Assembly: GCA_964016885.1 (NCBI GenBank)
Contig: OZ024744.1
Location: forward strand, 130,758,001 to 130,822,000
Direction of reading: 5' to 3'
DNA length: 64,000 nt
Origin: Eledone cirrhosa
Lineage: Eukaryota
Shown one piece after another: positions 37,301 through 50,656 of the stretch. Numbering within the stretch: position 1 is the first letter of the stretch; each line of letters starts with the position of its first letter. The position numbers and the translations under genes were made by a program. The notes beneath the pieces were generated by a model. That model did no database searches, was not told where the DNA came from, and saw only the letters and a program-made list of their open reading frames with translations.

Positions 37301-38688
37301 GTTAATTTGTGGTTAAGTTAAGTTGTGGTTAAGTTGGGGTTAAGTTAATTTGGGGTTAAGTTAAGTCGGGGTTAAGTTAAGTTGGGGTTAAGTTAAGTTG
37401 GGGTTAATTAAGTTGGGGTTAAGTTAAGTTGGGGTTAAGTTAAGTTGGGGTTAATTTAAGTTGGGGTTGAGTTAAGTTGGGGTTGAGTTAAATTGGGGTT
37501 GAGTTAAGTTGGGTTGAGTTAAGTTGGTGTTGAGTTAAGTTGGGGTTGAGTTAAGTTGGGGTTAAATTAAGTTGGGGTTAAATTAAGTTGGGGTTAAGTT
37601 AAGTTGGGGGTAAGTTAAGTTGGGGGCAAGTTAAGTTGGGGTTAATTTAAGTTGGGGTTAAATTAAGTTGGGGTTACGTTAAGTTGGTGCTAAGTTAAGT
37701 TGGGGTTAATTTAAGTTGGGGTTAATTAAGTTGGGGTTAAGTTAAGTTGGGGTTAAGTTAAGTTGGGGTTAATTTAAGTTGGGGTTGAGTTAAGTTGGGG
37801 TTAAGTTAATTTGGGGTTATATTAAGTTGGGGTTAAGTTAAGTTGGGGTTCAGTTAAGTTGGGGTTAAGTTAAGTTGGGGTTAAGTTAAGTTGAGGTTAA
37901 GTTAAGTTGGGGTTAAGTTAAGTTGGTGTTAAGTTAAGTTGGGGCTAAGTTAAGTTGGGGCTGAGTTAAGTTGGGGCTGAGTTAAGTTGGGGCTAAATTA
38001 AGTTGGGGTTGAGTTAAGTTGGGGTTAAGTTGGGGTTAAGTTATGTTAGGTTTAAGTTAAGTTGGGGTTAAGTTAAGTTGGGGTTAAGTTAAGTTGGGGT
38101 TAAGTTAAGTTGGGGTTAAGTTAAGTTGGGGTTAAGTTAAGTTGGGGTTAAGTTAATTTGTGGTTAAGTTAAGTTGTGGTTAAGTTAAGTTGGGGTTAAG
38201 TTAAGTTGGGGTTAATTTAAGTTGGGGTTAAGTTAAGTTGGGGTTAAGTTAAGTTGGGGTTAAGTTAAGTTGGGGTTAAGTTAAGTTGGGGATAATTTTA
38301 GTTGGGGTTAAGTTAAGTTTGAGTTTAAGTTAAGTTGGGGTTAAGTTAAGTTGGGGTTAAGTTAAGTTGGGGTTAAGTTAAGTTGGTTAGTTAAGTTGAG
38401 TTTAAGTTAAGTTGGGGTTAATTTAAGTTGGGGTTAAGTTAAGCTGGGGTTAAGTTAAGTTGGGGTTAAGTTAAGTTGGGGTTAATTTAAGTTGGGGTTA
38501 AGTTAAGTTGGGGTTAAGTTAAGTCGGGGTTAAGTTAAGTTGGGGTTAAGTTAAGTTGGGGTTAAGTTAAGTTGGGGTTAAGTTAAGTTGGTTAGTTAAG
38601 TTGAGTTTAAGTTAAGTTGGGGTTAATTTAAGTTGGGGTTAAGTTAAGTTGGGGTTAAGTTAAGTTGGGGTTAAGTTAAGTTGGGGTT

Positions 38689-38863
38689 AACCCCAACTTA
38701 ACTTAACCCCAACTTCACTCAACCCCAACGTAACTCAACCCCAACTTAACTTAACCCCAACTTCACTCAACCCCAACTTAACTTAACCCCAACTTCACTC
38801 AACCCCAACTTCCAACTTGACTTAACCCCAACTTAACTTAGCCCCAACTTAACTTAAGCCCAA
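38689..38863 (-). repeat. Inverted satellite cassette, type A (A2 context)
   Basis: 7,083 bp after the 31606 copy. Confidence 0.97.
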
Positions 38864-41230
38864 AGTCGGGGTTAAGTTAAGTTGGCGTTAAGTTAAGTTG
38901 GGGTTAAGTTAAGTTGGGGTAAAGTTGGGGTTGAGTTAAGTTGGGGTTGAGTGAAGTTGGGGTTAAGTTAAGTTGGGGTTAAGTTAAGTTGGGGTTAAGA
39001 TAAGTCGGGGTTAAGTTAAGTTGTGGTTGAGTTAAGTTGGGGTTAATTTAAGTTGGGGCTAAGTTAATTTGTGGTTAAGTTAAGTTGGGGTTAAGTTAAG
39101 TTGGGGTTAAGTTAAGTTGGGTTTAAGTTAAGTTGGGGTTAAATTAAGTTGGGGTTAAATTAAGTTGGGGTTAAGTTAAGTTGGGGGTAAGTTAAGTTGG
39201 GGGAAAGTTAAGTTGGGGTTAATTTAAGTTGGGGTTAAATTAAGTTGGGGTTACGTTAAGTTGGTGTTAAGTTAAGTTGGGGTTAATTTAAGTTGGGGCT
39301 AATTAAGTTGGGGTTAAGTTAAGTTGGGGTTAAGTTAAGTTGGGGTTAATTTAAGTTGGGGTTGAGTTAAGTTGGGGTTAAGTTAAGTTGGGGTTATATT
39401 AAGTTGGGGTTAAGTTAAGTTGGGGTTCAGTTAAGTTGGGGTTAAGTTAAGTTGGGGTTAAGTTAAGTTGAGGTTAAGTTAAGTTGGGGTTAAGTTAAGT
39501 TGTTGTTAAGTTAAGTTGGGGCTAAGTTAAGTTGGGGCTGAGTTAAGTTGGGGCTGAGTTAAGTTGGGGCTAAGTTAAGTTGGGGTTGAGTTAAGTTGGG
39601 GTTAAGTTGGGGTTAATTAAGTTAGGTTTAAGTTAAGTTGGGGTTAAGTTAAGTTGGGGTTAAGTTAAGTTGGGGTTAAGTTAAGTTGGGGTTAAGTTAA
39701 GTTGGGGTTAAGTTAAGTTGGGGTTAAGTTAATTTGTGGTTAAGTTAAGTTGTGGTTAAGTTAAGTTGGGGTTAAGTTAAGTTGGGGTTAAGTTAAGTCG
39801 GGGTTAAGTTAAGTTGGGGTTAAGTTAAGTTGGGGTTAATTTAAGTTGGGGTTAAGTTAAGTTGGGGTTAAGTTAAGTTGGGGTTAAGTTAAGTCGGGGT
39901 TAAGTTAAGTTGGGGTTAAGTTAAGTTGGGGTTAATTTAAGTTGGGGTTAAGTTAAGTTGGGGTTAAGTTAAGTTGGGGTTAAGTTAAGTTGGGGTTAAG
40001 TTAAGTTGGGGATAATTTAAGTTGGGGTTTATTTAAGTTGGGGTTAAGTTAAGTTGGGGTTCAGTTAAGTTGGGGTTAAGTTAAGTTGGGGTTAAGATGG
40101 GGTTAAATTAAGTTGGGGTTAAGTTAAGTTGGGGTTAAGTTAAGTTGGGGTTAAGTTAAGTTGGGGTTAAGTTAAGTCGGGGTTAAGTTAAGTCGGGGTT
40201 AAGTTAAGTTAGGGTTCAGTTAAGTTGGGGTTAAGTTAAGTTGGGGTTAAGTTAAGTTGGGGTTAAATTAAGTTGGGGTTAAGTTAAGTTAGGGTTAAGT
40301 TAAGTTGAGGTTAAGTTAAGTTGGGGTTAAGTTAAGTTGGTGTTAAGTTAAGTTGGGGCTAAGTTAAGTTGGCGCTGAGTTAAGTTGGGGCTGAGTTAAG
40401 TTGGGGCTAAGTTAAGTTGGGGTTGAGTTAAGTTGGGGTTAAGTTGGGGTTAAGTTAAGTTAGGTTTAAGTTAAGTTGGGTTTAAGTTAAGTTGGGGTTA
40501 AGTTAAGTTGGGGTTAAGTTAAGTTGGGGTTAAGTTAAGTTGGGGTTAAGTTAAGTTGGGGTTAAGTTAATTTGTGGTTAAGTTAAGTTGTGGTTAAGTT
40601 AAGTTGGGGTTAAGTTAAGTTGGGGTTAAGTTAAGTCGGGGTTAAGTTAAGTTGGGGTTAAGTTAAGTTGGGGTTAAGTTAAGTTGGGGTTAAGTTAAGT
40701 TGGGGTTAAGTTAAGTCGGGGTTAAGTTAAGTTGGGGTTAAGTTAAGTTGGGGTTAATTTAAGTTGGGGTTAAGTTAAGTTGGGGTTAAGTTAAGTTGGG
40801 GTTAAGTTAAGTTGGGGTTAAGTTAAGTTGGGGATAATTTAAGTTGGGGTTAAGTTAAGTTTGAGTTTAAGTTAAGTTGGGGTTAAGTTAAGTTGGGGTT
40901 AAGTTAAGTTGGGGTTAAGTTAAGTTGGTTAGTTAAGTTGAGTTTAAGTTAAGTTGGGGTTAATTTAAGTTGGGGTTAAGTTAAGCTGGGGTTAAGTTAA
41001 GTTGGGGTTAAGTTAAGTTGGGGTTAATTTAAGTTGGGGTTAAGTTAAGTTGGGGTTAAGTTAAGTCGGGGTTAAGTTAAGTTGGGGTTAAGTTAAGTTG
41101 GGGTTAAGTTAAGTTGGGGTTAAGTTAAGTTGGTTAGTTAAGTTGAGTTTAAGTTAAGTTGGGGTTAATTTAAGTTGGGGTTAAGTTAAGTTGGGGTTAA
41201 GTTAAGTTGGGGTTAAGTTAAGTTGGGGTT

Positions 41231-41405
41231 AACCCCAACTTAACTTAACCCCAACTTCACTCAACCCCAACGTAACTCAACCCCAACTTAACTTAACCCC
41301 AACTTCACTCAACCCCAACTTAACTTAACCCCAACGTCACTCAACCCCAACTTCCAACTTGACTTAACCCCAACTTAACTTAGCCCCAACTTAACTTAAG
41401 CCCAA
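41231..41405 (-). repeat. Inverted satellite cassette, type A (A2 context), AACGTCACTC variant
   Basis: 7,083 bp after the 34148 copy, same private variant. Confidence 0.97.
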
Positions 41406-43917
41406 AGTCGGGGTTAAGTTAAGTTGGCGTTAAGTTAAGTTGGGGTTAAGTTAAGTTGGGGTAAAGTTGGGGTTGAGTTAAGTTGGGGTTGAGTGAAGTT
41501 GGGGTTAAGTTAAGTTGGGGTTAAGTTAAGTTGGGGTTAAGATAAGTCGGGGTTAAGTTAAGTTGTGGTTGAGTTAAGTTGGGGTTAATTTAAGTTGGGG
41601 CTAAGTTAATTTGTGGTTAAGTTAAGTTGGGGTTAAGTTAAGTTGGGGTTAAGTTAAGTTGGGGTTGAGTTAAGTTGGGGCTGAGTTAATTTGGGTTTAA
41701 GTTAAGTTGGGGTTAAGTTAAGTTGGGTTTAAGTTAAGTTGGGGTTAAATTAAGTTGGGGTTAAATTAAGTTGGGGTTAAGTTAAGTTGGGGGTAAGTTA
41801 AGTTGGGGGAAAGTTAAGTTGGGGTTAATTTAAGTTGGGGTTAAATTAAGTTGGGGTTACGTTAAGTTGGTGTTAAGTTAAGTTGGGGTTAATTTAAGTT
41901 GGGGTTAATTAAGTTGGGGTTAAGTTAAGTTGGGGTTAAGTTAAGTTGGGGTTAATTTAAGTTGGGGTTGAGTTAAGTTGGGGTTAAGTTAAGTTGGGGT
42001 TATATTAAGTTGGGGTTAAGTTAAGTTGGGGTTCAGTTAAGTTGGGGTTAAGTTAAGTTGGGGTTAAGTTAAGTTGAGGTTAAGTTAAGTTGGGGTTAAG
42101 TTAAGTTGGTGTTAAGTTAAGTTGGGGCTAAGTTAAGTTGGGGCTGAGTTAAGTTGGGGCTGAGTTAAGTTGGGGCTAAGTTAAGTTGGGGTTGAGTTAA
42201 GTTGGGGTTAAGTTGGGGTTAAGTTAAGTTAGGTTTAAGTTAAGTTGGGGTTAAGTTAAGTTGGGGTTAAGTTAAGTTGGGGTTAAGTTAAGTTGGGGTT
42301 AAGTTAAGTTGGGGTTAAGTTAAGTTGGGGTTAAGTTAATTTGTGGTTAAGTTAAGTTGTGGTTAAGTTAAGTTGGGGTTAAGTTAAGTTGGGGTTAAGT
42401 TAAGTCGGGGTTAAGTTAAGTTGGGGTTAAGTTAAGTTGGGGTTAATTTAAGTTGGGGTTAAGTTAAGTTGGGGTTAAGTTAAGTTGGGGTTAAGTTAAG
42501 TCGGGGTTAAGTTAAGTTGGGGTTAAGTTAAGTTGGGGTTAATTTAAGTTGGGGTTAAGTTAAGTTGGGGTTAAGTTAAGTTGGGGTTAAGTTAAGTTGG
42601 GGTTAAGTTAAGTTGGGGATAATTTAAGTTGGGGTTTATTTAAGTTGGGGTTAAGTTAAGTTGGGGTTCAGTTAAGTTGGGGTTAAGTTAAGTTGGGGTT
42701 AAGATGGGGTTAAATTAAGTTGGGGTTAAGTTAAGTTGGGGTTAAGTTAAGTTGGGGTTAAGTTAAGTTGGGGTTAAGTTAAGTCGGGGTTAAGTTAAGT
42801 CGGGGTTAAGTTAAGTTAGGGTTCAGTTAAGTTGGGGTTAAGTTAAGTTGGGGTTGAGTTAAGTTGGGGTTGAGTTAAATTGGGGTTGAGTTAAGTTGGG
42901 TTTGAGTTAAGTTGGTGTTGAGTTAAGTTGGGGTTAAGTTAAGTTGGGGTTAAATTAAGTTGGGGTTAAGTTAAGTTAGGGTTAAGTTAAGTTGAGGTTA
43001 AGTTAAGTTGGGGTTAAGTTAAGTTGGTGTTAAGTTAAGTTGGGGCTAAGTTAAGTTGGCGCTGAGTTAAGTTGGGGCTGAGTTAAGTTGGGGCTAAGTT
43101 AAGTTGGGGTTGAGTTAAGTTGGGGTTAAGTTGGGGTTAAGTTAAGTTAGGTTTAAGTTAAGTTGGGTTTAAGTTAAGTTGGGGTTAAGTTAAGTTGGGG
43201 TTAAGTTAAGTTGGGGTTAAGTTAAGTTGGGGTTAAGTTAAGTTGGGGTTAAGTTAATTTGTGGTTAAGTTAAGTTGTGGTTAAGTTAAGTTGGGGTTAA
43301 GTTAAGTTGGGGTTAAGTTAAGTCGGGGTTAAGTTAAGTTGGGGTTAAGTTAAGTTGGGGTTAAGTTAAGTTGGGGTTAAGTTAAGTTGGGGTTAAGTTA
43401 AGTCGGGGTTAAGTTAAGTTGGGGTTAAGTTAAGTTGGGGTTAATTTAAGTTGGGGTTAAGTTAAGTTGGGGTTAAGTTAAGTTGGGGTTAAGTTAAGTT
43501 GGGGTTAAGTTAAGTTGGGGATAATTTAAGTTGGGGTTAAGTTAAGTTTGAGTTTAAGTTAAGTTGGGGTTAAGTTAAGTTGGGGTTAAGTTAAGTTGGG
43601 GTTAAGTTAAGTTGGTTAGTTAAGTTGAGTTTAAGTTAAGTTGGGGTTAATTTAAGTTGGGGTTAAGTTAAGCTGGGGTTAAGTTAAGTTGGGGTTAAGT
43701 TAAGTTGGGGTTAATTTAAGTTGGGGTTAAGTTAAGTTGGGGTTAAGTTAAGTCGGGGTTAAGTTAAGTTGGGGTTAAGTTAAGTTGGGGTTAAGTTAAG
43801 TTGGGGTTAAGTTAAGTTGGTTAGTTAAGTTGAGTTTAAGTTAAGTTGGGGTTAATTTAAGTTGGGGTTAAGTTAAGTTGGGGTTAAGTTAAGTTGGGGT
43901 TAAGTTAAGTTGGGGTT

Positions 43918-44092
43918 AACCCCAACTTAACTTAACCCCAACTTCACTCAACCCCAACGTAACTCAACCCCAACTTAACTTAACCCCAACTTCACTCAAC
44001 CCCAACTTAACTTAACCCCAACTTCACTCAACCCCAACTTCCAACTTGACTTAACCCCAACTTAACTTAGCCCCAACTTAACTTAAGCCCAA
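43918..44092 (-). repeat. Inverted satellite cassette, type A (A2 context)
   Basis: 21,098 bp after the 22820 copy. Confidence 0.97.
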
Positions 44093-45588
44093 AGTCGGGG
44101 TTAAGTTAAGTTGGCGTTAAGTTAAGTTGGGGTTAAGTTAAGTTGGGGTAAAGTTGGGGTTGAGTTAAGTTGGGGTTGAGTGAAGTTGGGGTTAAGTTAA
44201 GTTGGGGTTAAGTTAAGTTGGGGTTAAGATAAGTCGGGGTTAAGTTAAGTTGTGGTTGAGTTAAGTTGGGGTTAATTTAAGTTGGGGCTAAGTTAATTTG
44301 TGGTTAAGTTAAGTTGGGGTTAAGTTAAGTTGGGGTTAAGTTAAGTTGGGGTTGAGTTAAGTTGGGGCTGAGTTAATTTGGGTTTAAGTTAAGTTGGGGT
44401 TAAGTTAAGTTGGGTTTAAGTTAAGTTGGGGTTAAATTAAGTTGGGGTTAAATTAAGTTGGGGTTAAGTTAAGTTGGGGGTAAGTTAAGTTGGGGGAAAG
44501 TTAAGTTGGGGTTAATTTAAGTTGGGGTTAAATTAAGTTGGGGTTACGTTAAGTTGGTGTTAAGTTAAGTTGGGGTTAATTTAAGTTGGGGTTAATTAAG
44601 TTGGGGTTAAGTTAAGTTGGGGTTAAGTTAAGTTGGGGTTAATTTAAGTTGGGGTTGAGTTAAGTTGGGGTTAAGTTAAGTTGGGGTTATATTAAGTTGG
44701 GGTTAAGTTAAGTTGGGGTTCAGTTAAGTTGGGGTTAAGTTAAGTTGGGGTTAAGTTAAGTTGAGGTTAAGTTAAGTTGGGGTTAAGTTAAGTTGGTGTT
44801 AAGTTAAGTTGGGGCTAAGTTAAGTTGGGGCTGAGTTAAGTTGGGGCTGAGTTAAGTTGGGGCTAAGTTAAGTTGGGGTTGAGTTAAGTTGGGGTTAAGT
44901 TGGGGTTAAGTTAAGTTAGGTTTAAGTTAAGTTGGGGTTAAGTTAAGTTGGGGTTAAGTTAAGTTGGGGTTAAGTTAAGTTGGGGTTAAGTTAAGTTGGG
45001 GTTAAGTTAAGTTGGGGTTAAGTTAATTTGTGGTTAAGTTAAGTTGTGGTTAAGTTAAGTTGGGGTTAAGTTAAGTTGGGGTTAAGTTAAGTCGGGGTTA
45101 AGTTAAGTTGGGGTTAAGTTAAGTTGGGGTTAATTTAAGTTGGGGTTAAGTTAAGTTGGGGTTAAGTTAAGTTGGGGTTAAGTTAAGTCGGGGTTAAGTT
45201 AAGTTGGGGTTAAGTTAAGTTGGGGTTAATTTAAGTTGGGGTTAAGTTAAGTTGGGGTTAAGTTAAGTTGGGGTTAAGTTAAGTTGGGGTTAAGTTAAGT
45301 TGGGGATAATTTAAGTTGGGGTTTATTTAAGTTGGGGTTAAGTTAAGTTGGGATTCAGTTAAGTTGGGGTGAAGTTAAGTTGGGGTTAAGATGGGGTTAA
45401 ATTAAGTTGGGGTTAAGTTAAGTTGGGGTTAAGTTAAGTTGGGGTTACGTTAAGTTGGGGTTAAGTTAAGTCGGGGTTAAGTTAAGTCGGGGTTAAGTTA
45501 AGTTAGGGTTCAGTTAAGTTGGGGTTAAGTTAAGTTGGGGTTGAGTTAAGTTGGGGTTGAGTTAAATTGGGGTTGAGTTAAGTTGGGG

Positions 45589-48500
45589 TTAATTAAGTGG
45601 TGGTTATGTTAAGTTGGGGTTAATTTAAATTGGGGTTAAGTTAACTTTGTGGTTAAGTTAAGTTGGGGTTAAGTTAAGTTGGGGTTAAGTTGGGGTTGAG
45701 TTAAGTTGGGGTTGAGTGAAGTTGGGGTTAAGTTAAGTTGGGGTAAAGTTAAGTTGGGGTTAAGTTAAGTCGGGGTTAAGTTAAGTTGTGGTTGAGTTAA
45801 GTTGGGGTTAATTTAAGTTGGGGCTAAGTTAATTTGTGGTTAAGTTAAGTTGGGCTTAAGTTAAGTTGGGGTTAAGTTAAGTTGGGGTTGAGTTAAGTTG
45901 GGGTTGAGGTAAGTTGGGGTTAAGTTAAGTTGGGGTCAAGTTAAGTTGGGGTTAAGTTGGGGTTAAGTTAAGTTAGGTTTAAGTTAAGTTGGGGTTAAGT
46001 TAAGTTGGGGTTAAGTTAAGTTGGGGTTAAGTTAAGTTGGGGTTAAGTTAAGTTGGGGTTAAGTTAAGTTGGGGTTAAGTTAAGTCGGGGTTAAGTTAAG
46101 TTGGGGTTAAGTTAAGTTGGGGTTAATTTAAGTTGGGGTTAAATTAAGTTGGGGTTAAGTTAAGTTGGGGTTAAGTTAAGTTGGGGTTAAGTTAAGTTGG
46201 GGTTAAATTAAGTTGGGGTTAAGTTAAGTTGGGGTTAAGTTAAGTTGGTGTTAAGTTAAGTTGGGGCTAAGTTAAGTTGGGGCTGAGTTAAGTTGGGGCT
46301 GAGTTAAGTTGGGGCTAAGTTAAGTTGGGTTTGAGTTAAGTTGGGGTTAAGTTGGGGTTAAGTTAAGTTAGGTTTAAGTTAAGTTGGGGTTAAGTTAAGT
46401 TGGGGTTAAGTTAAGTTGGGGTTAAGTTAAGTTGGGGCTAAGTTAAGTTGGGGCTAAGTTACGTTGGGGTTAAGTTAAGTTGGGGTTAAGTTAAGTCGGG
46501 GTTAAGTTAAGTTGGGGTTAAGTTAAGTTGGGGTTAATTTAAGTTGGGGTTAAGTTAATTTGGGGTTAAGTTAAGTTGGGGTTAAGTTAAGTTGGGGTTA
46601 AGTTAAGTCGGGGTTAATTTAAGTCGGGGTTAAGTTAAGTTAGGGTTCAGTTAAGTTGGGGTTAAGTTAAGTTGGGGTTGAGTTAAGTTGGGGTTGAGTT
46701 AAATTGGGGTTGAGTTAAGTTGGGGTTGAGTTAAGTTGGTGTTGAGTTAAGTTGGGGTTAAGTTAAGTTGGGGTTAAGTTAAGTTGCAGTTAAGTTAAGT
46801 TGAGGTTAAGTTAAGGTGGGGTTAAGTTAAGTCGGGGTTAAGTTAAGTTGTGGTTGAGTTAAGTTGGGGCTGAGTTAAGTTGGGGCTAAGTTAAGTTGGG
46901 GTTGAGTTAAGTTGGGGTTAAGTTGGGGTTAAGTTAAGTCGGGGTTAAGTTAAGTTGTGGTTGAGTTAAGTTGGGGTTAATTTAAGTTGGGGCTAAGTTA
47001 ATTTGTGGTTAAGTTAAGTTGGGGTTAAGTTAAGTTGGGGTTAAGTTAAGTTGGGGTTGAGTTAAGTTGGGGTTGAGTTAAGTTGGGGTTAAGTTAAGTT
47101 GGGGTCAAGTTAAGTTGGGGTTAAGTTGGGGTTAAGTTAAGTTAGGTTTAAGTTAAGTTGGGGTTAAGTTAAGTTGGGGTTAAGTTAAGTTGGGGTTAAG
47201 TTAAGTTGGGGTTAAGTTAAGTTGGGGTTAAGTTAATTTGTGGTTAAGTTAAGTTGGGGTTAAGTTAAGTTGGGGTTAAGTTAAGTCGGGGTTAAGTTAA
47301 GTTGGGGTTAAGTTAAGTTGGGGTTAATTTAAGTTGGGGTTAAGTTAAGTTGGGGTTAAATTAAGTTGGGGTTAAGTTAAGTTGGGGTTAAGTTAAGTTG
47401 GTGTTAAGTTAAGTTGGGGCTAAGTTAAGTTGGGGCTGAGTTAAGTTGGGGCTGAGTTAAGTTGGGGCTAAGTTAAGTTGGGGTTGAGTTAAGTTGGGGT
47501 TAAGTTGGGGTTAAGTTAAGTTAGGTTTAAGTTAAGTTGGGGTTAAGTTAAGTTGGGGTTAAGTTAAGTTGGGGTTAAGTTAAGTTGGGGTTAAGTTAAG
47601 TTGGGGTTAAGTTAAGTCGGGGTTAAATTAAGTTGGGGTTAAGTTAAGTTGGGGTTAATTTAAGTTGAGTTAAGTTATGTTGGGGTTAAGTTAATTGGGG
47701 TTAAGTTAAGTTGGGGATAATTTAAGTTGGGGTTAAGTTAAGTTGGGTTTAAGTTAAGTTGGGGTTAAGTTAAGTTGGGGCTAAGTTAAGTTGGGGCTAA
47801 GTTAAGTTGGGGTTAAGTTAAGTTGGGGTTAAGTTAAGTCGGGGTTAAGTTAAGTTGGGGTTAAGTTAAGTTGGGGTTAATTTAAGTTGGGGTTGAGTTA
47901 AGTTGGTGTTGAGTTAAGTTGGGGTTAAGTTAAGTTGGGGTTAAGTTAAGTTGCAGTTAAGTTAAGTTGGGGTTAAGTTAATTTGGGGTTGAGTTAATTC
48001 GGGGTTAAGTTAAGTTGGGGTCAAGTTAAGTTGGGGTTAAGTTGGGGTTAAGTTAAGTTGGGGTTAAGTTAAGTTGGGGTTAAGTTAAGTCGGGGTTAAG
48101 TTAAGTTGGGGTTAAGTTAAGTTGGGGTTAAGTTAAGTTGGGGTTAAGTTAAGTTGGGGTTAAATTAAGTTGGGGTTAAGTTAAGTTGAGGTTAAGTTAA
48201 GTTGGGGTTAAATTAAGTTGGGGTTAAGTTAAGTTGGGGTTAAGTTAAGTTGGGGTTAAGTTAAGTTGGGGATAAGTTAAGTTGGGGATAATTTAAGTTG
48301 GGGTTAAGTTAAGTTGGGTTTAAGTTAAGTTGGGGTTAAGTTAAGTTGGGGTTAATTTAAGTTGGGGTTAAGTTAAGTTGGGGTTAAGTTAAGTTGGGGT
48401 TAAGTTAAGTTGGGGTTAAGTTAAGTTGGGGTTAAGTTAAGTTGGGGTTAAGTTAAGTTGGGGTTAAGTTAAGTTGAGGTTAAGTTAAGTTGGGGTTAAA

Positions 48501-50656
48501 TTAAGTTGGGGTTAAGTTAAGTTGGGGTTAAGTTAAGTTGGGGTTAAGTTAAGTTGGGGATAAGTTAAGTTGGGGATAATTTAAGTTGGGGTTAAGTTAA
48601 GTTGGGTTTAAGTTAAGTTGGGGTTAAGTTAAGTTGGGGTTAATTTAAGTTGGGGTTAAGTTAAGTTGGGGCTAAGTTAAGTTGGGGCTGAGTTAAGTTG
48701 GGGTTAAGTTAAGTTGGGGTTAAGTTAAGTTGGGGTTAATTTAAGTTGGGGTTTATTTAAGTTGGGGTTAAGTTAAGTTGGGGTTCAGTTAAGTTGGGGT
48801 TAAGTTAAGTTGGTGTTAAGATGGGGTTAAATTAAGTTGGGGTTAAGTTAAGTTGGGGTTAAGTTAAGTTGGGGTTAAGTTAAGTTGGGGTTAAGTTAAG
48901 TCGGGGTTAAGTTAAGTCGGGGTTAAGTTAAGTTAGGGTTCAGTTAATTGGGGTTAAGTTAAGTTGGGGTTGAGTTAAGTTGGGGTTGAGTTAAATTGGG
49001 GTTGAGTTAAGTTGGGGTTGAGTTAAGTTGGTGTTGAGTTAAGTTGGGGTTAAGTTAAGTTGGGGTTAAATTAAGTTGGGGTTAAATTAAGTTGGGGTTA
49101 AGTTAAGTTGGGGGTAAGTTAAGTTGGGGGCAAGTTAAGTTGGGGTTAATTTAAGTTGGGGTTAAATTAAGTTGGGGTTACGTTAAGTTGGTGCTAAGTT
49201 AAGTTGGGGTTAATTTATGTTGGGGTTAATTAAGTTGGGGTTAAGTTAAGTTGGGGTTAAGTTAAGTTGGGGTTAATTTAAGTTGGGGTTGAGTTTAGTT
49301 GGGGTTAAGTTAATTTGGGGTTATATTAAGTTGGGGTTAAGTTAAGTTGTGGTTCAGTTAAGTTGGGGTTAAGTTAAGTTGGAGTTAAGTTAAGTTGGTG
49401 TTAAGTTAAGTTGGGGCTAAGTTAAGTTGGGGCTGAGTTAAGTTGGGGCTGAGTTAAGTTGGGGCTAAATTAAGTTGGGGTTGAGTTAAGTTGGGGTTAA
49501 GTTGGGGTTAAGTTAAGTTAGGTTTAAGTTAAGTTGGGGTTAAGTTAAGTTGGGGTTAAGTTAAGTTGGGGTTAAGTTAAGTTGGGGTTAAGTTAAGTTG
49601 GGGTTAAGTTAAGTTGGGGTTAAGTTAATTTGTGGTTAAGTTAAGTTGTGGTTAAGTTAAGTTGGGGTTAAGTTAAGTTGGGGTTAATTTAAGTTGGGGT
49701 TAAGTTAAGTTGGGGTTAAGTTAAGTTGGGGTTAAGTTAAGTTGGGGTTAAGTTAAGTTGGGGATAATTTAAGTTGGGGTTAAGTTAAGTTTGAGTTTAA
49801 GTTAAGTTGGGGTTAAGTTAAGTTGGTTAGTTAAGTTGAGTTTAAGTTAAGTTGGGGTTAATTTAAGTTGGGTTAAGTTAAGTTGGGGTTAAGTTAAGTT
49901 GGGGTTAAGTTAAGTTGGGGTTAAGTTAAGTTGGGGTTAACCCCAACTTAACTTAACCCCAACTTCACTCAACCCCAACGTAACTCAACCCCAACTTAAC
50001 TTAACCCCAACTTCACTCAACCCCAACTTAACTTAACCCCAACTTCACTCAACCCCAACTTCCAACTTGACTTAACCCCAACTTAACTTAGCCCCAACTT
50101 AACTTAAGCCCAAAGTCGGGGTTAAGTTAAGTTGGCGTTAAGTTAAGTTGGCGTTAAGTTAAGTTAGGCTTAACTTAAGTTGGGGTTCAGTTAAGTTGGG
50201 GGTAAGTTAAGTTGGGGTTCAGTTAAGTTAGGGTTAAGTTAAGTTGGGGTTGAGTAAAGTTGGGGTTAATTAAGTGGTGGTTATGTTAAGTTGGGGTTAA
50301 GTTAAGTTGGGGTTAATTTAAATTGGGGTTAAGTTAACTTTGTGGTTAAGTTAAGTTGGGGTTAAGTTAAGTTGGGGTAAAGTTGGGGTTGAGTTAAGTT
50401 GGGGTTGAGTGAAGTTGGGGTTAAGTTAAGTTGGGGTTAAGTTAAGTTGGGGTTAAGATAAGTCGGGGTTAAGTTAAGTTGTGGTTGCGTTAAGTTGGGG
50501 TTAATTTAAGTTGGTGCTAAGTTAATTTGTGGTTAAGTTAAGTTGGGGTTAAGTTAAGTTGGGGTTAAGTTAAGTTGGCGTTGAGTTAAGTTGGGGCTGA
50601 GTTAATTTGGGTTTAAGTTAAGTTGGGGTTAAGTTAAGTTGGGGTTAAGTTAAGTT
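45589..50656 (+). repeat. Partial 8-kb HOR (second half: post-B2 flank through A1)
   Basis: Variant order matches 5375-10491 and 24491-29600. Confidence 0.82.
49939..50113 (-). repeat. Inverted satellite cassette, type A (A1 context)
   Basis: As 17674. Confidence 0.97.

Larger units (their letters stand above)
18376..45588 (+). repeat. Central domain dominated by A2-type ~2.4-2.7 kb units, with no type B cassettes. It includes one partial copy of the 8-kb HOR (~24.5-29.6 kb).
   Basis: Cassette spacings are 2748, 2398, 6086, 2700, 2542, 4541, 2542 and 2687. Markers AAGCTGGGG, GGGGGAAAG and GGCGCTGAG were seen only here. Confidence 0.82.
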
